NCBI GenBank assembly: GCA_964019335.1
Contig: OZ025675.1
Coordinates: 248,001-312,000 of the forward strand
Reading direction: 5' to 3'
From: Diplonema japonicum
Lineage: Eukaryota; Protista; Euglenozoa: Diplonemea
Length of the DNA stretch: 64,000 nucleotides
Below the pieces are notes generated by a model. The model was not told the origin of the DNA and did not search any database. It saw nothing but the letters and a program-made list of their open reading frames with translations. The position numbers were made by a program, and so were the translations under genes. Below are positions 23,587-35,100 of the stretch, piece after piece (the first letter of the stretch is position 1; every line of letters starts with the position of its first letter).

Positions 23587-24543
23587 AGAAGAGTAGGGTG
23601 TGCAGCTCCAGTGCAACACCTGTGGACAGACTCATTGCCCTGAGCTACCTGCCACCCCCAACGACAAATTAGTTTAATATCGCATCACACGAGGTGCTGT
23701 ACAGATAGAACGCACACCAAGAGGTGCTGTACAGATATTAAGCTGATAAGAACAGATGCTACACTTGATCTTAGCCAAAAGGCCGAGAAGGTATAAAAAA
23801 AAAAAAAAAGAACTACTGCAAAAAACAAAAAAGAATTATTGCTGGGCGGACAAACGTCCGGGTTTCTGTCGCGTCCGGGGGGTTTGTCCGTCCGGCATTT
23901 TCCCGTTCCGTCTTTCATTCTTTTTTTTTGTTTTACAGTATTTATTAAAATAAGAAGAATGAGATTTGCATTATCGTCTCTAGTCAACCCCGCCTACCAC
24001 AAGTGAAATAATGCACCTTAGTTTCATTAATGTGTTGTTTTATATAACTCCAGTCAGGTTTTCAACTTTCACTTTATTTCCACGCTAGATTTCAGGCTTG
24101 TTGTAGGAGAAAAACAGGTGCAGGAATGAAAATTACTCTATGAGTGAATATAAGGGGAGAGAGGTGGGCTTAGCAACCCAGGCAGCAGCCCCACAGGTCC
24201 GGAGTTTGGCTGAAAATAGGTCCCCTGGGCCATATTTCTAGTGAAAATAAAGTTAAGTGTGATATAAAGTGAAATCTTATTTTCACTCCCACCCTTGAAA
24301 ACCCGGCTCGAATTAAATTCAAATTAACATGATAGCTCCCTGAGACGAAAGCCGCATGCCCTAAAAAGGGGGTGGGGGTATGGTCAGTACTAGGCATCTC
24401 TCAGTTTCGGACATATCTCGCGACTCCTCCAGGTGCTGTCTTCACAGGCGAGCGTCCCAACAGGTTGGAGGTACTTTCCCCGACCGATTAAATAAAACAA
24501 AAAAAAAAAAAGGTGAGAGGGAAAAAAATAATAGAGAAATGCA

Positions 24544-26379
24544 TCAGTACACCTGACGTCGCATAACTACATGTACTTTCTTTGCAATCATTTCGTACAG
24601 AGAAGCAGCTAAAGGCTCGTTTGGATACTCAGTCAGCAACAGTTGTGCTTTGTTATTGTCGTCCTCGAGCCCTTGCAGGTACTGCTTCGCTGCCTCGTTG
24701 TACTTCACCCAGTACTTCGCCCGAGACTCGTCCAGTGCGTACATCCACTCCTGGTCTAGGTGACTTCCTGTAGGCGTTTGGTATATGTGTGCCTTGCTAG
24801 AGTGACGGGTTGGCACCCTTGCTTCTACTGGTGATTGAATTGCTGGTGTGTATGGTGAGCGAATAATGTCTCCTTCGCCAAGTGCCTCCCACAGGATGGA
24901 TTCTTGCTCGTTGTCATGCTTCACAAAGGTGACCGCCTTGAGGATGATACGCATTTCTAGTGTGACAGAGGCGTCCATGTAAGCGGTGGTGTTGCACACA
25001 ACCCCAATGCCCCACTCCGCACCGAGCCTCTCGTACACAGATGTCAGAACCGCCGTGTTCCCCATGATGCTGAACCGCCTCACCTCGTTGTTCCCAAGGT
25101 CTCCCACCAGAACCTTCCCACCGCACACGGCCACGTTTACTTCCATGGTCTTCTCGGGTTTCATCTGCCTTAGTGTGGTTGCTGTCTTCACCGCCGCCAC
25201 TGCGTGTTGGATGCATTTCCTTGCCGCGTTGAACGAGGCGTGCACGTGGTCCCCGACGAACAGGTCCAGCATCCCCTTCTGTGCACGAACAGCGTGCAGT
25301 GCGAACCCGATCACCTTCGCGTGGAGGCGCATGAACTCCATCGGTTCCGCCTCCGCCAGCTCCAAGGAGTTCTTCATGTTCATCACCAGCATCGTCGCCC
25401 TTGTGGATATCAGAACATGCTGTGTGAGAGTCGGTGACTCCGGCATGGACGACAGTGCCGTGTGCGACTCCGACTGTGTACAGGACTGGGTGCGGGACTG
25501 CGTGCGGTAGCTGCTTTTGTCGTCAGAGCTGTCAGAATCGCCACTCCCCTGCAAACAGGACTGGGGGAGGTAAGGTTTATACGACCGGAGGTTCACAAGA
25601 ATGGTGTTAAGTGCTTCGTGCAATTTTTCGGGGAGGTCTTCCTTCGAAAGGTCGAGGTGGGCGTCTGCCTCTTCAAGCTTGAACCCTGCAAGGAAGGAGG
25701 CCACGTCGCGTGCTGCAAGAACACCGTGCTCCAACTTCCGCTTTTCAGCAAGAACCTCATCAGCGAAGCCTCTTGTGAAGTAGAAGTCAAGGAGGAAGAC
25801 CGCCACGATGTTCATGAAGGTGAGGCCAGCACTCAGTGTCTCCCGCTTGCAAGGGAGGGTGGTACAATCACATGCAACATCAAAGCGGTAAGCAGAGTCG
25901 CCGTTGAAAGTGCCGTTTCCAATATCGTAGAGGCCGAAGCGGGTGGCGTCCTCGACGCTGGTGAGGAGGAGCCAGAGGATAAGTGTGATGATAACGATGA
26001 TGGAGGACCTTGACCTGATCCTGCACACGAGGAACACATCGATGACAAGAACAGCAAGGGGCCACATCCTGGGGCGCATGGTTCCCAAGTTGTGGAAGTC
26101 TATGAAGATCACAGAGACCACGTCAGCATACCCAGCAAGTTCTATGAAGGTGTCGGAGGGGTTCTTGCCGATGAAGAACCACACGAGGGCGACGAAGTTA
26201 CTCACTGCTGCAGTGTACGAGGCGATCTTCGCTGTGGTGAACTCTGTTGTGAAGGACCCCACTGTCCCAAGCAGCATCGGGGCAATGAAGAACCACAGTG
26301 CTGTCTTCTTCCTCTTGACCATCGCCTCGTCGTCGCCGGCGAGGGCTACCTTGCTAAGGAGCCAGTCTTGCAGCCACAT
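24544..26379 (-). CDS. 6TM pseudo-cyclase paralog 3 (~611 aa)
   Basis: ORF 24544..26688; likely start MWLQDWLL (ATG 26379). Near-identical to paralog 2 over most of its length. Confidence 0.85.
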   Translation of the reverse strand: MWLQDWLLSKVALAGDDEAMVKRKKTALWFFIAPMLLGTVGSFTTEFTTAKIASYTAAVSNFVALVWFFIGKNPSDTFIELAGYADVVSVIFIDFHNLGTMRPRMWPLAVLVIDVFLVCRIRSRSSIIVIITLILWLLLTSVEDATRFGLYDIGNGTFNGDSAYRFDVACDCTTLPCKRETLSAGLTFMNIVAVFLLDFYFTRGFADEVLAEKRKLEHGVLAARDVASFLAGFKLEEADAHLDLSKEDLPEKLHEALNTILVNLRSYKPYLPQSCLQGSGDSDSSDDKSSYRTQSRTQSCTQSESHTALSSMPESPTLTQHVLISTRATMLVMNMKNSLELAEAEPMEFMRLHAKVIGFALHAVRAQKGMLDLFVGDHVHASFNAARKCIQHAVAAVKTATTLRQMKPEKTMEVNVAVCGGKVLVGDLGNNEVRRFSIMGNTAVLTSVYERLGAEWGIGVVCNTTAYMDASVTLEMRIILKAVTFVKHDNEQESILWEALGEGDIIRSPYTPAIQSPVEARVPTRHSSKAHIYQTPTGSHLDQEWMYALDESRAKYWVKYNEAAKQYLQGLEDDNNKAQLLLTEYPNEPLAASLYEMIAKKVHVVMRRQVY

Positions 26380-26690
26380 GCTGTGTTTGTAAAACCTGGA
26401 GATTGTAAACACGATGCTAACGTTCCCCTTTTGTTTAGACAAGTCAAAAGATTGTGGAAAAGGTAGTGATATGCCCCGCTTGGTGAAAAGACAGGACCTT
26501 GCGGACTTCGAAGGTAAAGACTTATCGATATTCTTAACGGAATAAAAAAAAGAAAAGGAAAGAAGGAAAAAAGAGAACGCCGCCGTTCCCTTTTTTCTTT
26601 TAATTCCTATTTCTAGTCTCCCTTTTTCTTTATTTGTATTAGGTAACTGGGTAGGACTTTTTCGTATTGATAAGCTCAACAAATTCAAAA

Positions 26691-26806
26691 GAGGAACTGG
26701 CTGTTGTTTGTACGTGCCGGGTAAAACCTAGAGAAGTTTTTCAAAAACCCGAAAAACACGTTGTCAACGTTCCTTTTGTTTAGACAAGTCAAAGACTCGT
26801 TCTTGC
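26691..26806. mobile_element. Hairpin element K (~116 bp)
   Basis: Copies or fragments at ~680-797, 2307-2337, 4239-4308, 26381-26452, 36825-36923, 55062-55108, 55186-55275, and inverted at ~44580. Stems aggaac/gttcct and cgggt/acccg. Confidence 0.75.
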
Positions 26807-26814
26807 AAAAAAAA

Positions 26815-26925
26815 CTAGTTTGGCGCTCCATTTGTTTGTGCGCACGAGCAGAATTTTACCTAATAAAATAGCTCATTACGCTGCCATCAACTAGTTTTTA
26901 GTCTCGACAATAATATTGTTAAAAC
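26815..26925. mobile_element. Hairpin element L (~110 bp)
   Basis: Second copy at ~4452-4520. Stems aaaactagtt/aactagtttt, gagc/gctc and atttta/taaaat. Confidence 0.7.
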
Positions 26926-27434
26926 AAAACAAAAAAAAAAAAACAAAAAAAGAAAAAAGTTAAATTATAAAAAAAAGAAAGCGACGAAAAGAGGACCGCG
27001 TAGCTTTCGAATCGTACTTTTTGGAAAACTACAGGATCTTAAAACATCGTCATTTTATCTTCCAATTCCACACTGTGCTGGGAAAGGGGGTAAGGGGCCA
27101 ATGGCTTTTGCCAAAGAACGTGTCAAAGGGCCTATAAAAAGTGAAAAACCTGGCTCTGGGTAGTACGAAACGTCAGATTGGGTGGTTTCACAAGGGATAG
27201 CTCACCTGAGAATATAAAAGAAACGGCTTGTTGGTGGTTCCTGCTCAAGGAAGGCTTGTTGGCTTGTCCAAATTGTTTACGTTCAGACGGGTATGTTTTT
27301 GTTTGTTGTTTGTGCACAGCCAGGGGTTAACCTGTAGTAAAGATAAGCCCAACAATGCTAACCACTACTCTTTTTTTAGCAACAATTCATTATCAATAAA
27401 TTGTTTTTTTTTTTTTTTTTTTTTTTTGAGCAAA

Positions 27435-27478
<44 letters not shown>

Positions 27479-27483
27479 AGAGA

Positions 27484-27590
27484 GCGCCTCCTCACTACAG
27501 TGTGCCTCTTCGCTATCACCTCTGTCAATACGGCTGCAGCAGGTTCATTCGCATAGCCTTTCAGCAACTCATAGCCGTGCCTCTGCAAGC
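27484..27590 (-). pseudogene. Isolated C-terminal fragment of the 6TM pseudo-cyclase family
   Basis: Translates LQRHGYELLKGYANEPAAAVLTEVIAKRHTVVRRR; compare paralogs YLQGHGYD...YTNEPAASYLSDVITRRAPVVRRRQVY. Confidence 0.75.
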
Positions 27591-27614
27591 AATAACAATT
27601 TATTATCAGTACAT

Positions 27615-27875
27615 GAGCTCGTCTGGAAAAGAATGTCCACAAATAGCCCTCTTAGGTAGCAAGAAATCCCTGTTAAACTTCTAAGTAGAAAAGTAGTCCG
27701 ACACCATTTTGTGTGCAGAATTGCAGTCTACTGCAGTCTGGCTTGATCACCATTTCAGGTAAAAATGTTCGCCGTTTGTTTTATTTTTAAAACGTGTGTG
27801 CAAAAACATGCTTTTTAGAATGGTTCTTTTCGAACTGCCAAAAAAGAAAGTGTACATTTTAATCTGGACGAGCTC
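27615..27875. mobile_element. Deleted copy of the GAGCTCGTC MITE, nested in an element G tail
   Basis: acat-GAGCTCGTC...GACGAGCTC-atat; G tail sequence continues on both sides. Confidence 0.78.
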
Positions 27876-28044
27876 ATATTGTTTTTCTTGTTCAAGCAAA
27901 AAAAAAAAAAAAAAAAAGAAAAAAGAAAAAAAAGGCGTTTAATGCGCAAATCCCACCTGAGGACGAGCATCCAACAGTAAGGAAGGTGAAAGTCTAGAGG
28001 TAAAGAAAGCTTAAGCTAAGGCTTTTTTGAAATGGGGAGAGGCC

Positions 28045-28187
28045 AAAAAGAAAAAGAAAAAGAAAAAGAAAAAGAAAAAGAAAAAGAAAAAGAAAAAGAA
28101 AAAGAAAAAGAAAAAGAAAAAGAAAAAGAAAAAGAAAAAGAAAAAGAAAAAGAAAAAGAAAAAGAAAAAGAAAAAGAAAAAGAAAAA
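28045..28187. repeat. (GAAAAA)n microsatellite
   Basis: Perfect hexamer array read directly. Confidence 0.95.
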
Positions 28188-28596
28188 AAAGAATTAACGA
28201 AATGACCAACAACGTAACACGTTTTCAAACACACCGTTGTTCGTTCAACATAAATTGTTGATGGTTCTGAAGTAGAACATGATTTTCTGTAGTACCGTTC
28301 GAAGTTTTTTTTTTTTTTTTTTCTTTTCCTCCTTTTTTTTCTTCTTGATGTACCAGAAAAAAGATGTGCAACTAAGAACCAAAACTTTAAAAAAAGAGCA
28401 GTAAAGTAATCTGGCTGAACCAGAATAAAGAATGAGTTGGAAAAAAAGCAAGCTCGGAGGGTGAATGGAGGGTTGCTGTAGACTGTTCTAAGCACATCCC
28501 AGCTTCGGACTCATCTTGCAACTCCTAGACATTTTCTACTAGCATTTCTAACTAGGCTAGAGAGCACTGAGCCAGAAGTTAAAAAGAATATAAATA

Positions 28597-28990
28597 TATA
28601 TGAGTTAAAGGAAGTCGTTGTGTGACGCCCTTGTTCTCATCCTCTACCTGCACTACCCTTCTCCTCCTTTGGTCTTGCCGGCCTCCTAGGTCATGCTTGG
28701 TCTTCGGTGATGCAAATATCGCCCTTCTGTTCCATCCGATCACCGCCTTTGTCCTCCCGATGGATCGTAGTGTGTGCACCCTTGTCCTCCAGCTTCCCTC
28801 CCAGGGTCGTCCCAGTCACGTTCTCGAAGTCCAGTGCCAGCTCCACCGTCGACACTGACGTGTTCCTGCTGCCTGCATACCAGCGCAGTTGCCGCATCCA
28901 CCTCAGCACCTCCTTCGTGTACTCGTAGGACATCCCCTGCCGGTAGCTTGCTGAAGTCCTTGTCCGCCGGTACTGGGTGTTGGTATCCTT
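28597..28990 (-). mobile_element. LINE family B, internally deleted 3' fragment
   Basis: RWMRQLRWY...TVELALDFE and HTLRSIG...WNRRAIF in shifted frames; same 3' tail as 16273. Shorter B tails at ~1169, ~15180-15260, ~21342, ~22408 and ~40270. Confidence 0.8.
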
Positions 28991-29013
28991 ATGTGATAAA
29001 AAAAAAAAGAAAA

Positions 29014-29068
29014 GAGATGAGATAAAGGAGGTTCCTGTTTTGGAACGTCCCCCTTGTCTCTACTTATC
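29014..29068 (-). mobile_element. Tail-only copy of LINE family C
   Basis: Matches 62041-62095. Also at 2086-2141 and degenerate at ~48125-48172. Confidence 0.8.
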
Positions 29069-29545
29069 CAAAGAAAAAGAAAAAAAAGAATGACTTTGGT
29101 TGCTTATAAACCGCCTGGCGCACAAGCAACTTTAAAAAAGAAAAAAAAAGCAACAACTCGATAATTTAAAGGAAGCCGGTGGGGGCGCCTTGCACAAGCA
29201 CCATCTACTAAGGACCCACTCACCTCGGCCTAGTTGTAGCGTCTAGCTGCGTTCCGCGCCGTGTCTTTAATGCGTGCGGTGTGCAGCTCAACGGGTACCA
29301 AGATTCTGAGCCCGTGCAGTTTGCTGCCTGTTCGTCAACCAGAGCATCTGCTTCTCCCAGTCAGGCGCTATCGGTTATGACGGTCAACAGCGAACAACAC
29401 ATCTGGTGTACTTCTTTATATTTCCATATTATCCCCACCATTTGACCAAAAATGATTTCTTTTTGATCCATTTCTTTTTTTCTTTTTTTTTTGCTGTGGA
29501 CATTGCCTGCACTTAAAAACACGTTGTTATTGAATCTTTTGACAG

Positions 29546-31327
29546 TCAGTACACCTGTCGTCGCCGCACCACAGGTACGCTCTTTATCATTTCTAACAAG
29601 GAAGCGGCCAAGGGTTCATTAGTGTAGCTTGACAGCAGCTTTAATGCCTCGCCTTTATCATGTCCTTGCAGATACAGTTTCGCTGCCTCGTTGTACTTCA
29701 CCCAGTACTTCGCCCGAGATGCGTCCAGTGCGTACATCCACTCCTGGTCCATGGCAGTCACGCTGTGCCTACCTGCTGCTAGGCGACTGGTTGGCGTGCG
29801 AATGGCTCCTTCAAGTTCATTAGATACCATCACAGCCTCCCACAAGATTGCCTGCTGTTCTTCAGTGTTCTTCACAAAGGTGACCGCCTTGAGGACAATG
29901 CGCATTTCTTGTGTGACAGAGGCATCGATGTAGGCAGCAGTGTTGCACACAACCCCAATGCCCCACTCCGCACCGAGCCTCTCGTACACAGATGTTAAAA
30001 CCGCCGTGTTCCCCATGATGCTGAACCGCCTCACCTCGTTGTTCCCAAGGTCACCCACCAGAACCTTCCCACCGCACACGGCCACGTTCACTTCGACTCC
30101 CTTCTCGTGTTTTAGTACGGTTGCTGTCTTCACCGCCGCCACTGCGTGTTGGATGCATTTCCTTGCCGCGTTGAACGAGGCGTGCACGTGGTCCCCGACG
30201 AACAGGTCCAGCATCCCCTTCTGTGCACGAACAGCGTGCAGTGCGAACCCGATCACCTTCGCGTGGAGGCGGCTGAACTCAACAGGTTCCGCCTCCGCCA
30301 GTTCCAAGGAGTTCTTCATGTTCATCACCAGCATCGTCGCCCTTGTGGGTGTCAGAACATGAAGTGCCATAGGTGCCTCGCCAGACACAGAAGATGACGC
30401 GAGTTCTGTGTGCGACTCCGACTGTGTGTGTGACTGGGCACTGTCGCCCCCTTCGTCGGAGCTTCCTGAATCGGCACCCCCTTGAAGACAAGACTGGGGG
30501 AGGTAAGGTTTATACGACCGGAGGTTCACAAGAATGGTGTTAAGTGCTTCGTGCAATTTTTCGGGGAGGTCTTCCTTCGAAAGGTCGAGGTGGGCGTCTG
30601 CCTCTTCAAGCTTGAACCCTGCAAGGAAGGAGGCCACGTCGCGTGCTGCAAGAACACCCAGTTCCAACTTCCGTTTTTCAGCGAGAACCTCATCAGCGAA
30701 ACCCCTTGTGAAGTAGAAGTCGAGGAGGAAGATACACATCATGTTAAGGAAGGTAATCAATACAAGCTGCGCATCCTGCTTGCAAGGAAGGGTGGTGCAC
30801 GTGCAGTGGTCATCAAGTCGGGATGCATGGTCGCCGTTGAAATCGGCATCACCGATGTCGAGGAGGCCGAAGCGGGTGGCACATTCTAAGCTAGTTACGA
30901 TGAACCATACGGTCAGGACTATGACGACGATGATGGAGGACCTTGGCCTGATCCTGCACACGAGGAACACATCGATGACGATGACCACAAGAGGCCACAT
31001 CCTGGGGATCATGGCACCCATGCTGTGGAGGTCGAGGAAGAGGATTGCTACGACTACGGCGTACCCCACAAGCTCTATGAAGGTGTCGGAGGGCTTCTTG
31101 TTCACAAACAGCCACACTACACCCAGTACACCCACAATGCCAGCAATGATGGCAGATATCCTGGCGGTAGTTAGGCTGGCGATGAACAAGCCCCCACCAC
31201 CCACGAAGAACGCTGCGAGAAAGAACCACAACAGAACAGTCTTTCGCTTCGCCATCACCTCATCGTCGTCGGGGAGGGCGAGCTTGCTGATAAGCCAGTT
31301 GTACAGAGACAACGGCGTTGCCGACAT
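29546..31327 (-). CDS. 6TM pseudo-cyclase paralog 4 (593 aa)
   Basis: Intact ORF with the family motifs (LALPDDDE, RMWP, CxCxxxPC, YLPQSCL, FVGDHV, EWMY). Confidence 0.88.
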   Translation of the reverse strand: MSATPLSLYNWLISKLALPDDDEVMAKRKTVLLWFFLAAFFVGGGGLFIASLTTARISAIIAGIVGVLGVVWLFVNKKPSDTFIELVGYAVVVAILFLDLHSMGAMIPRMWPLVVIVIDVFLVCRIRPRSSIIVVIVLTVWFIVTSLECATRFGLLDIGDADFNGDHASRLDDHCTCTTLPCKQDAQLVLITFLNMMCIFLLDFYFTRGFADEVLAEKRKLELGVLAARDVASFLAGFKLEEADAHLDLSKEDLPEKLHEALNTILVNLRSYKPYLPQSCLQGGADSGSSDEGGDSAQSHTQSESHTELASSSVSGEAPMALHVLTPTRATMLVMNMKNSLELAEAEPVEFSRLHAKVIGFALHAVRAQKGMLDLFVGDHVHASFNAARKCIQHAVAAVKTATVLKHEKGVEVNVAVCGGKVLVGDLGNNEVRRFSIMGNTAVLTSVYERLGAEWGIGVVCNTAAYIDASVTQEMRIVLKAVTFVKNTEEQQAILWEAVMVSNELEGAIRTPTSRLAAGRHSVTAMDQEWMYALDASRAKYWVKYNEAAKLYLQGHDKGEALKLLSSYTNEPLAASLLEMIKSVPVVRRRQVY

Positions 31328-31360
31328 TTTGGGGGTTTTCGAGAAAAAAAAAGGGAACCT

Positions 31361-31400
<40 letters not shown>

Positions 31401-32197
31401 AGAAAGAAAAAAAGAAAAATAAAAAGTGAGAGGAGGCGTTACAAGATTGAGGGAAAGTCACCTGGGCTCGACGACCACCCGTGGTAAGCCCAGGTTTTCC
31501 CAGGGATTTTTATCGTCCCGGGGGGGGAGCCACCCCCCCCCGTGCGTATATGTGTATATATGTGAAAGGGAAAGTCAAGAAAAAAAAAAGGGGGGGATGA
31601 AATGTTTGGTGTAAGGGTGTCTGAGAAAATAGTCTATTTGGGTAGTACTTTTTTATTACTAGGTTAAAAGAAAAAAAGAAAAAAAAAAGATGAGATAAAA
31701 TTATCTGTCCCTTCCCATCGACTCTTCTTCGCACCTATTGGTCCTTCTGCTGCCGGGAAAACCTGGTTGCTCTCACCTTTGTAGGGTATTTTTGGCACCC
31801 TTTTAGAAAATTCGCGTTCTTTCTGGTCTTATATTTGAGTTGTTTCTTGCAAACCGACTCCTAACTTTCTTTTTTTTTCTTCTTTTTTTCCAGGCTTAGT
31901 GAACCACAGACCCTGAACCATAGATCAAATATATTTATAAAAGAAAAAGGGAGGGAAGAATAAAGAGAGAGGTATTCTGTCGTTTTCGCAATGAAATAAG
32001 GGGTAGGGAGTTGGCTTTTTCTTTTTTTTTAAACAGCTGCTAAATCTTAGAAGTCAAAAGTGAAGTAAAAAAAAGGAGGGGTAAAAAAAAAAGAATGTAA
32101 AAAGAAAAAAAAAAAGAGAAAAAAAAAAGGGGGAAGCTGTCGGGTACGCGCCCGGTGGTCGAAACCTGAGAGAGATTGTTACCCGGGAAAAAAAAAA

Positions 32198-35100
32198 CTC
32201 GATAAAATTTCAGTGTGCATGGGGGTGCTCACTGTTCAGGTAGAAATTCACACTAATCGGTCACCGTTCTGCGGTTGCTGTCTGGTGCCTGCGGTGGCTG
32301 TTTGTCGCGATGAGATGGACGGCATCTGGGCGAGAAACACTGCTTGGAGTCGTGCTAGGTAGGGGGGGGTTTGGCTCGAGGAGAAGAGTGGTCTCCTGTC
32401 GTAGCCGTGTGCCGTCGGGCCCCCAAGATGTCGAAGGGTATGCACCCTTGATTTGGCGTTGGCGGGGAAGGCTGACCTTCCACAGCGTGCTGAGCATTTC
32501 TGGATGCGACCCAAGATGTATCGCATCCTTGCGGCCTTCTCCGTGAGCAGGTCCTGATCGTCGAGGGGACCTATGAGTGACCGGCGGGTGGTCTGCTCAT
32601 AGTCTATGGCGAGTTCCATTGTAGTGACGGAAGTTTTCTTCTTACCATCGTACCATCGTAGGCCTCTTAGCCACTTGAGGACGTTCTTCAGATGAAAGGT
32701 CAGGACCGCGCCTGACGCCCCGTTCGCCTTCAGCAACGCTTCCGTCGGAACATCATGTTGCCTCCCTGTCGTTACCTCATCCCAAGGGTTGGAGGTGAGC
32801 ACTCTCTTGCTTTTTTCCGCTGCTCTGGCGTCACGGACCGTCACTACTTTCAGGAGGTATTGTTGCACCATCCTGGCACGTTCTTTCCCTGCTTTGTCGG
32901 CTCCTCTTGGGACTATCCCGTGAAGGGCTGTGGCAGCTGGGAGGCCTTCTCGCTTCACCTCTGCGTATTGCTCGCTTTCCAACACACTCCTTGCCGGCTC
33001 GCACTCCCACAGTGCATGCTCCGTCATGCTGGTCGTTGTCTGGGACCGGTGGTCGCAAACGTCACACGCTAATGCTGGGTTTTCCACACCAGGGCCATCC
33101 AATTTTCTCCCCCACACCCTCGGGTGAGTCGTGAACACTGCACCACTAATGATGCGCCGCAACCTAAAGGACACCAACGGTCTCCGGGCCTGGAGCTTTT
33201 TCCACCAATAGTTCGTGGACGGGCACGCCCCTGCCTCCATCCCCACGAAGGTTGATCTCTTCTCGATCAGCCTCTTCGCAACTGCCGGTCTGATGGCTTG
33301 CCTCACTTTGTGAGCCACCGCTGTATCTCCGTGCAGGTCGGCCACAAAGGACCATCCCTTCCCCAGAAAGGGGAGCCATCTGTTCCGCAGGACTCCAATC
33401 GGACCCATCACCTCATCGTCATCACGGTCCTGGTATAGACCAATGATCTCACCAACACGCTGCCGCAAACGCGGAGAGGCCAGGCTCTCCCGGACCAAGC
33501 TGTTTATCGTTCCGTAGATGACCTTCGACAGCGGATGTGCCGTATGCCCTGGCAGCAGAACGCTCAGTACAGACACGGGGTTTCTCATCCCGAACTGGGG
33601 GCCCCACAGGGAGACCACTGCCGCTGTACACATCTTCTTCAGCTGGTCGTCCGAGGGTGCCGCATACGTTGCTCCGTACAGACACGACGGTAGCACAGTG
33701 CTCGTCAACATCGTCGACTTGTTCTCAAACCCTAGTGGCAAAGCTCCGAGACGGGTCAGGCGTCCCTCCGCTGCGTCCAGCTTGTCCAGCCTGTGATTCC
33801 CATCCATGCTCAGGTTCACGCCAAGTGATTTGATCTCCCCAGCTACCTTGAACGAGGAACCGGTGCATACTAAACTAGGGCCGATCTCGTTTTTCGTCGA
33901 GAATCCCTGCGACTTCTTTCCGTTGAGGCGCATCTCTGTCCGGTCCCCGAACTCGATCACCTTGTTGGTCGCCCTTGTCAGGACCTCCGCTAAACGCGCC
34001 AGGAGGTACACGTCATCCGCGTACGAAAGTGACCAAGCTCCTGGTACTTCCGTCATCACGCACTTCACCATCACCGACACCAAGGCGTTCACCATGATTA
34101 CCGAGATGGGGCACCCTTGCAGGATACCATTCGTCACTCGGAACTCTGAGCCAACACCTGTCGGGAAACGGAATCGCCGCTTCAGGTTCGCATACATAGC
34201 TTTCAAGGGGGTCAGTATCCGCTCGTGCAAACCGAGATCTTGCATCAGGCCAAAAGCTATCTGCTGTGGGACTCTGTCGAAGCACTTGACAAAATCCAAC
34301 GCAATGCCGTTGAGAGGGGTGCCTGTCAACAGCGCCTCTTCGAGCTGTGTACTGAGCTCCATCAGAATGCTATCCGTGCCTCTCTTCGGTCTGAAACCAT
34401 GCTGAGAGTCGTCGATCCACTTCTCTTGCCACAGCGTGATGTCACGCAGCCTCGCACATGCCCACAGCCGATAGACCGCGCTCGTGACTGTGATCGGCCG
34501 ATGGTTCAGAGGAGTCCTCTCGCCACCCTTCGGGATCAACGTCACCAGCGCTGTCAGGAGTGCTTTCGGCCACTTCCCTGTCGTCTCGACTGCGTTGAAC
34601 AGCTCGGCCCAAGCATCCAGCAGTACTACCGGCATGGCACGCAGTTCCGCCATCCTCCATCCATCCACCCCTGGAGCCGTTCTCGTTGACTTCTTGGCCA
34701 ACACCGCCCTCAGATCCTCTCCTGTAAGTGGTCGAAGTTCCATCTTCTGCGACACGATGTACTCCCTGTACCTCGTTCTAAAGGCGTTGTACTGCGGCTC
34801 TCCTCGATCCCCACCGTACAGCTGAAAAATAGGGTCCCACTCCTTGTGCATCATCTTGTCCATCTCTTCAAGATCTGCCGTGAGAACCCCGTCGCCTTCC
34901 ACTGCCTGCGTTGCTGATGCCGTTGTGCCCTTCACGAAGGCGGTCACCCTCTTCCGTTCCTCCTTGAAGTGGGTGTTGATCCTCTCTTCATACTTCCTTT
35001 CACGCTCGACCCTCGCGTCCTTTGCGATCACTCGCGCCAGAGCGGACAGGTCGTCGTCTAGGCGTTGAAGTTTGATGATAATCGTTTCAAAATTGTCCTT

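Noticed and set aside
23690-23737. 17-bp direct repeat gaggtgctgtacagata and a nearby small inverted repeat (~23846-23892)
   Set aside because: Isolated local duplication with no recurrence in the window.
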